Positions 63,229-64,000 of a DNA stretch of 64,000 nucleotides are shown piece after piece (within the stretch, counting starts at the first letter, position 1; each line of letters begins with the position of its first letter). Made by a program: the position numbers and the translations under genes. Source of the DNA: Phoronis australis (Eukaryota; Animalia; Phoronida). The stretch spans positions 186,001 through 250,000 of the forward strand of contig NMRA01000335.1 in assembly GCA_002633005.1 (NCBI GenBank), given 5' to 3'. The notes beneath the pieces were generated by a model. The model saw only the letters and a list, made by a program, of their open reading frames with translations, was not told where the DNA came from and did no database searches.

Positions 63229-64000
63229 TAGTGAGGAAATGCAGGCAGCCATTGCGGACTTTTAACGGAAAGGGAAAAGTCTTATGTGCATTATATAGTA
63301 AGGAATCGAGAGGGCTTTTAATGGTTTAGTGGTGAAAATCGGAAAAGTTTCAGAATCGATTAATCGGAACCTTTCCGATTTAAGTCCCGATTTTGGATTG
63401 GCTTTGAGTGATGATATTGTCACTGACTACTGATAAGGAATGTTTGCCATGAGACTGGATCAAGATGCAAGCAACCAATGACGTTGTCTTACGCTACCAT
63501 ACAAGCGTACCTAGCATTGGCAATGTTTAAAAAAAGGAGCGCCTCGGCTTTGTTTTCCTCAAAGCAGTCCTTCAACTTTTTTGTGGTCCTGCGACGCGAA
63601 ATTTGACGCTGAAACCCTTCACTACCGACACTGTAAATAGCTATTTTAATAGCTATTGTTAAAACAGTTTGATGGTTACATTATCAAGGGGCACGAGGCG
63701 TCATGTCCGAACACCGAATATCCCAAATTCAAACTTTGCAGTATCTGAAATAGCTTGTAGACTAGAAACCAGGTGGAACTGTCCTACTTGTAGACTTTCA
63801 TTGTAATGATGAACAGTCATTAATCTCAAATGATCCATGTGTGGTTCACAAAAACAAATCATTTTTTCAATTCATGGGATTTCTCTCCACTTTTGGCACT
63901 GTCCAGCAAAATCTGTATCAAAAAACAGTGAATGTTAATGAGTCGTGGTGATGTACCAGTCGCCGGACTACTTGTGAGCTGAAAGCGTGTGATCAAATTT

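Noticed and set aside
62833-63252. ORF with an apparent tandem exon duplication in the CUB gene
   Set aside because: The copies are joined at a single N and differ by one synonymous SNP; best explained as a haplotype artefact.

Overview
This is AT-rich, intron-rich animal genomic DNA. It looks like a heterozygous invertebrate draft assembly; the species cannot be determined from the sequence. I reconstructed three spliced genes by checking GT/AG junctions and codon phase. (1) The 5' part of EIF3L lies on the minus strand (7 coding exons, 341 codons, ATG at 9157, running off the left edge), with a TCT/TOP-type initiator. (2) A plus-strand gene I cannot name encodes a Ser/Pro/acidic, probably disordered protein with one C-terminal hydrophobic helix (approx. 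16288-41318, main exon 29388-30348). (3) The 3' part of a minus-strand gene encodes three CUB domains and a GPI-signal-like tail (8 exons, 63044-52445; the 5' exon is not seen). Non-coding space contains PIF/Harbinger-type MITEs, CAG/CAT-terminated MITEs with 5-bp TSDs (hAT5-like), an internally deleted Kolobok-like element with a decayed THAP domain, a 3' LINE remnant, long fold-back palindromes and micro/minisatellites. Three duplications across single N characters look like both haplotypes assembled in tandem; one captures a MITE presence/absence polymorphism. I found no clearly new biological system. The best leads are the triplicated EIF3L splice donor, an intronic fold-back capped by C/D boxes, the Kolobok remnant, the ~560-bp intronic hairpin and the two unnamed membrane proteins.
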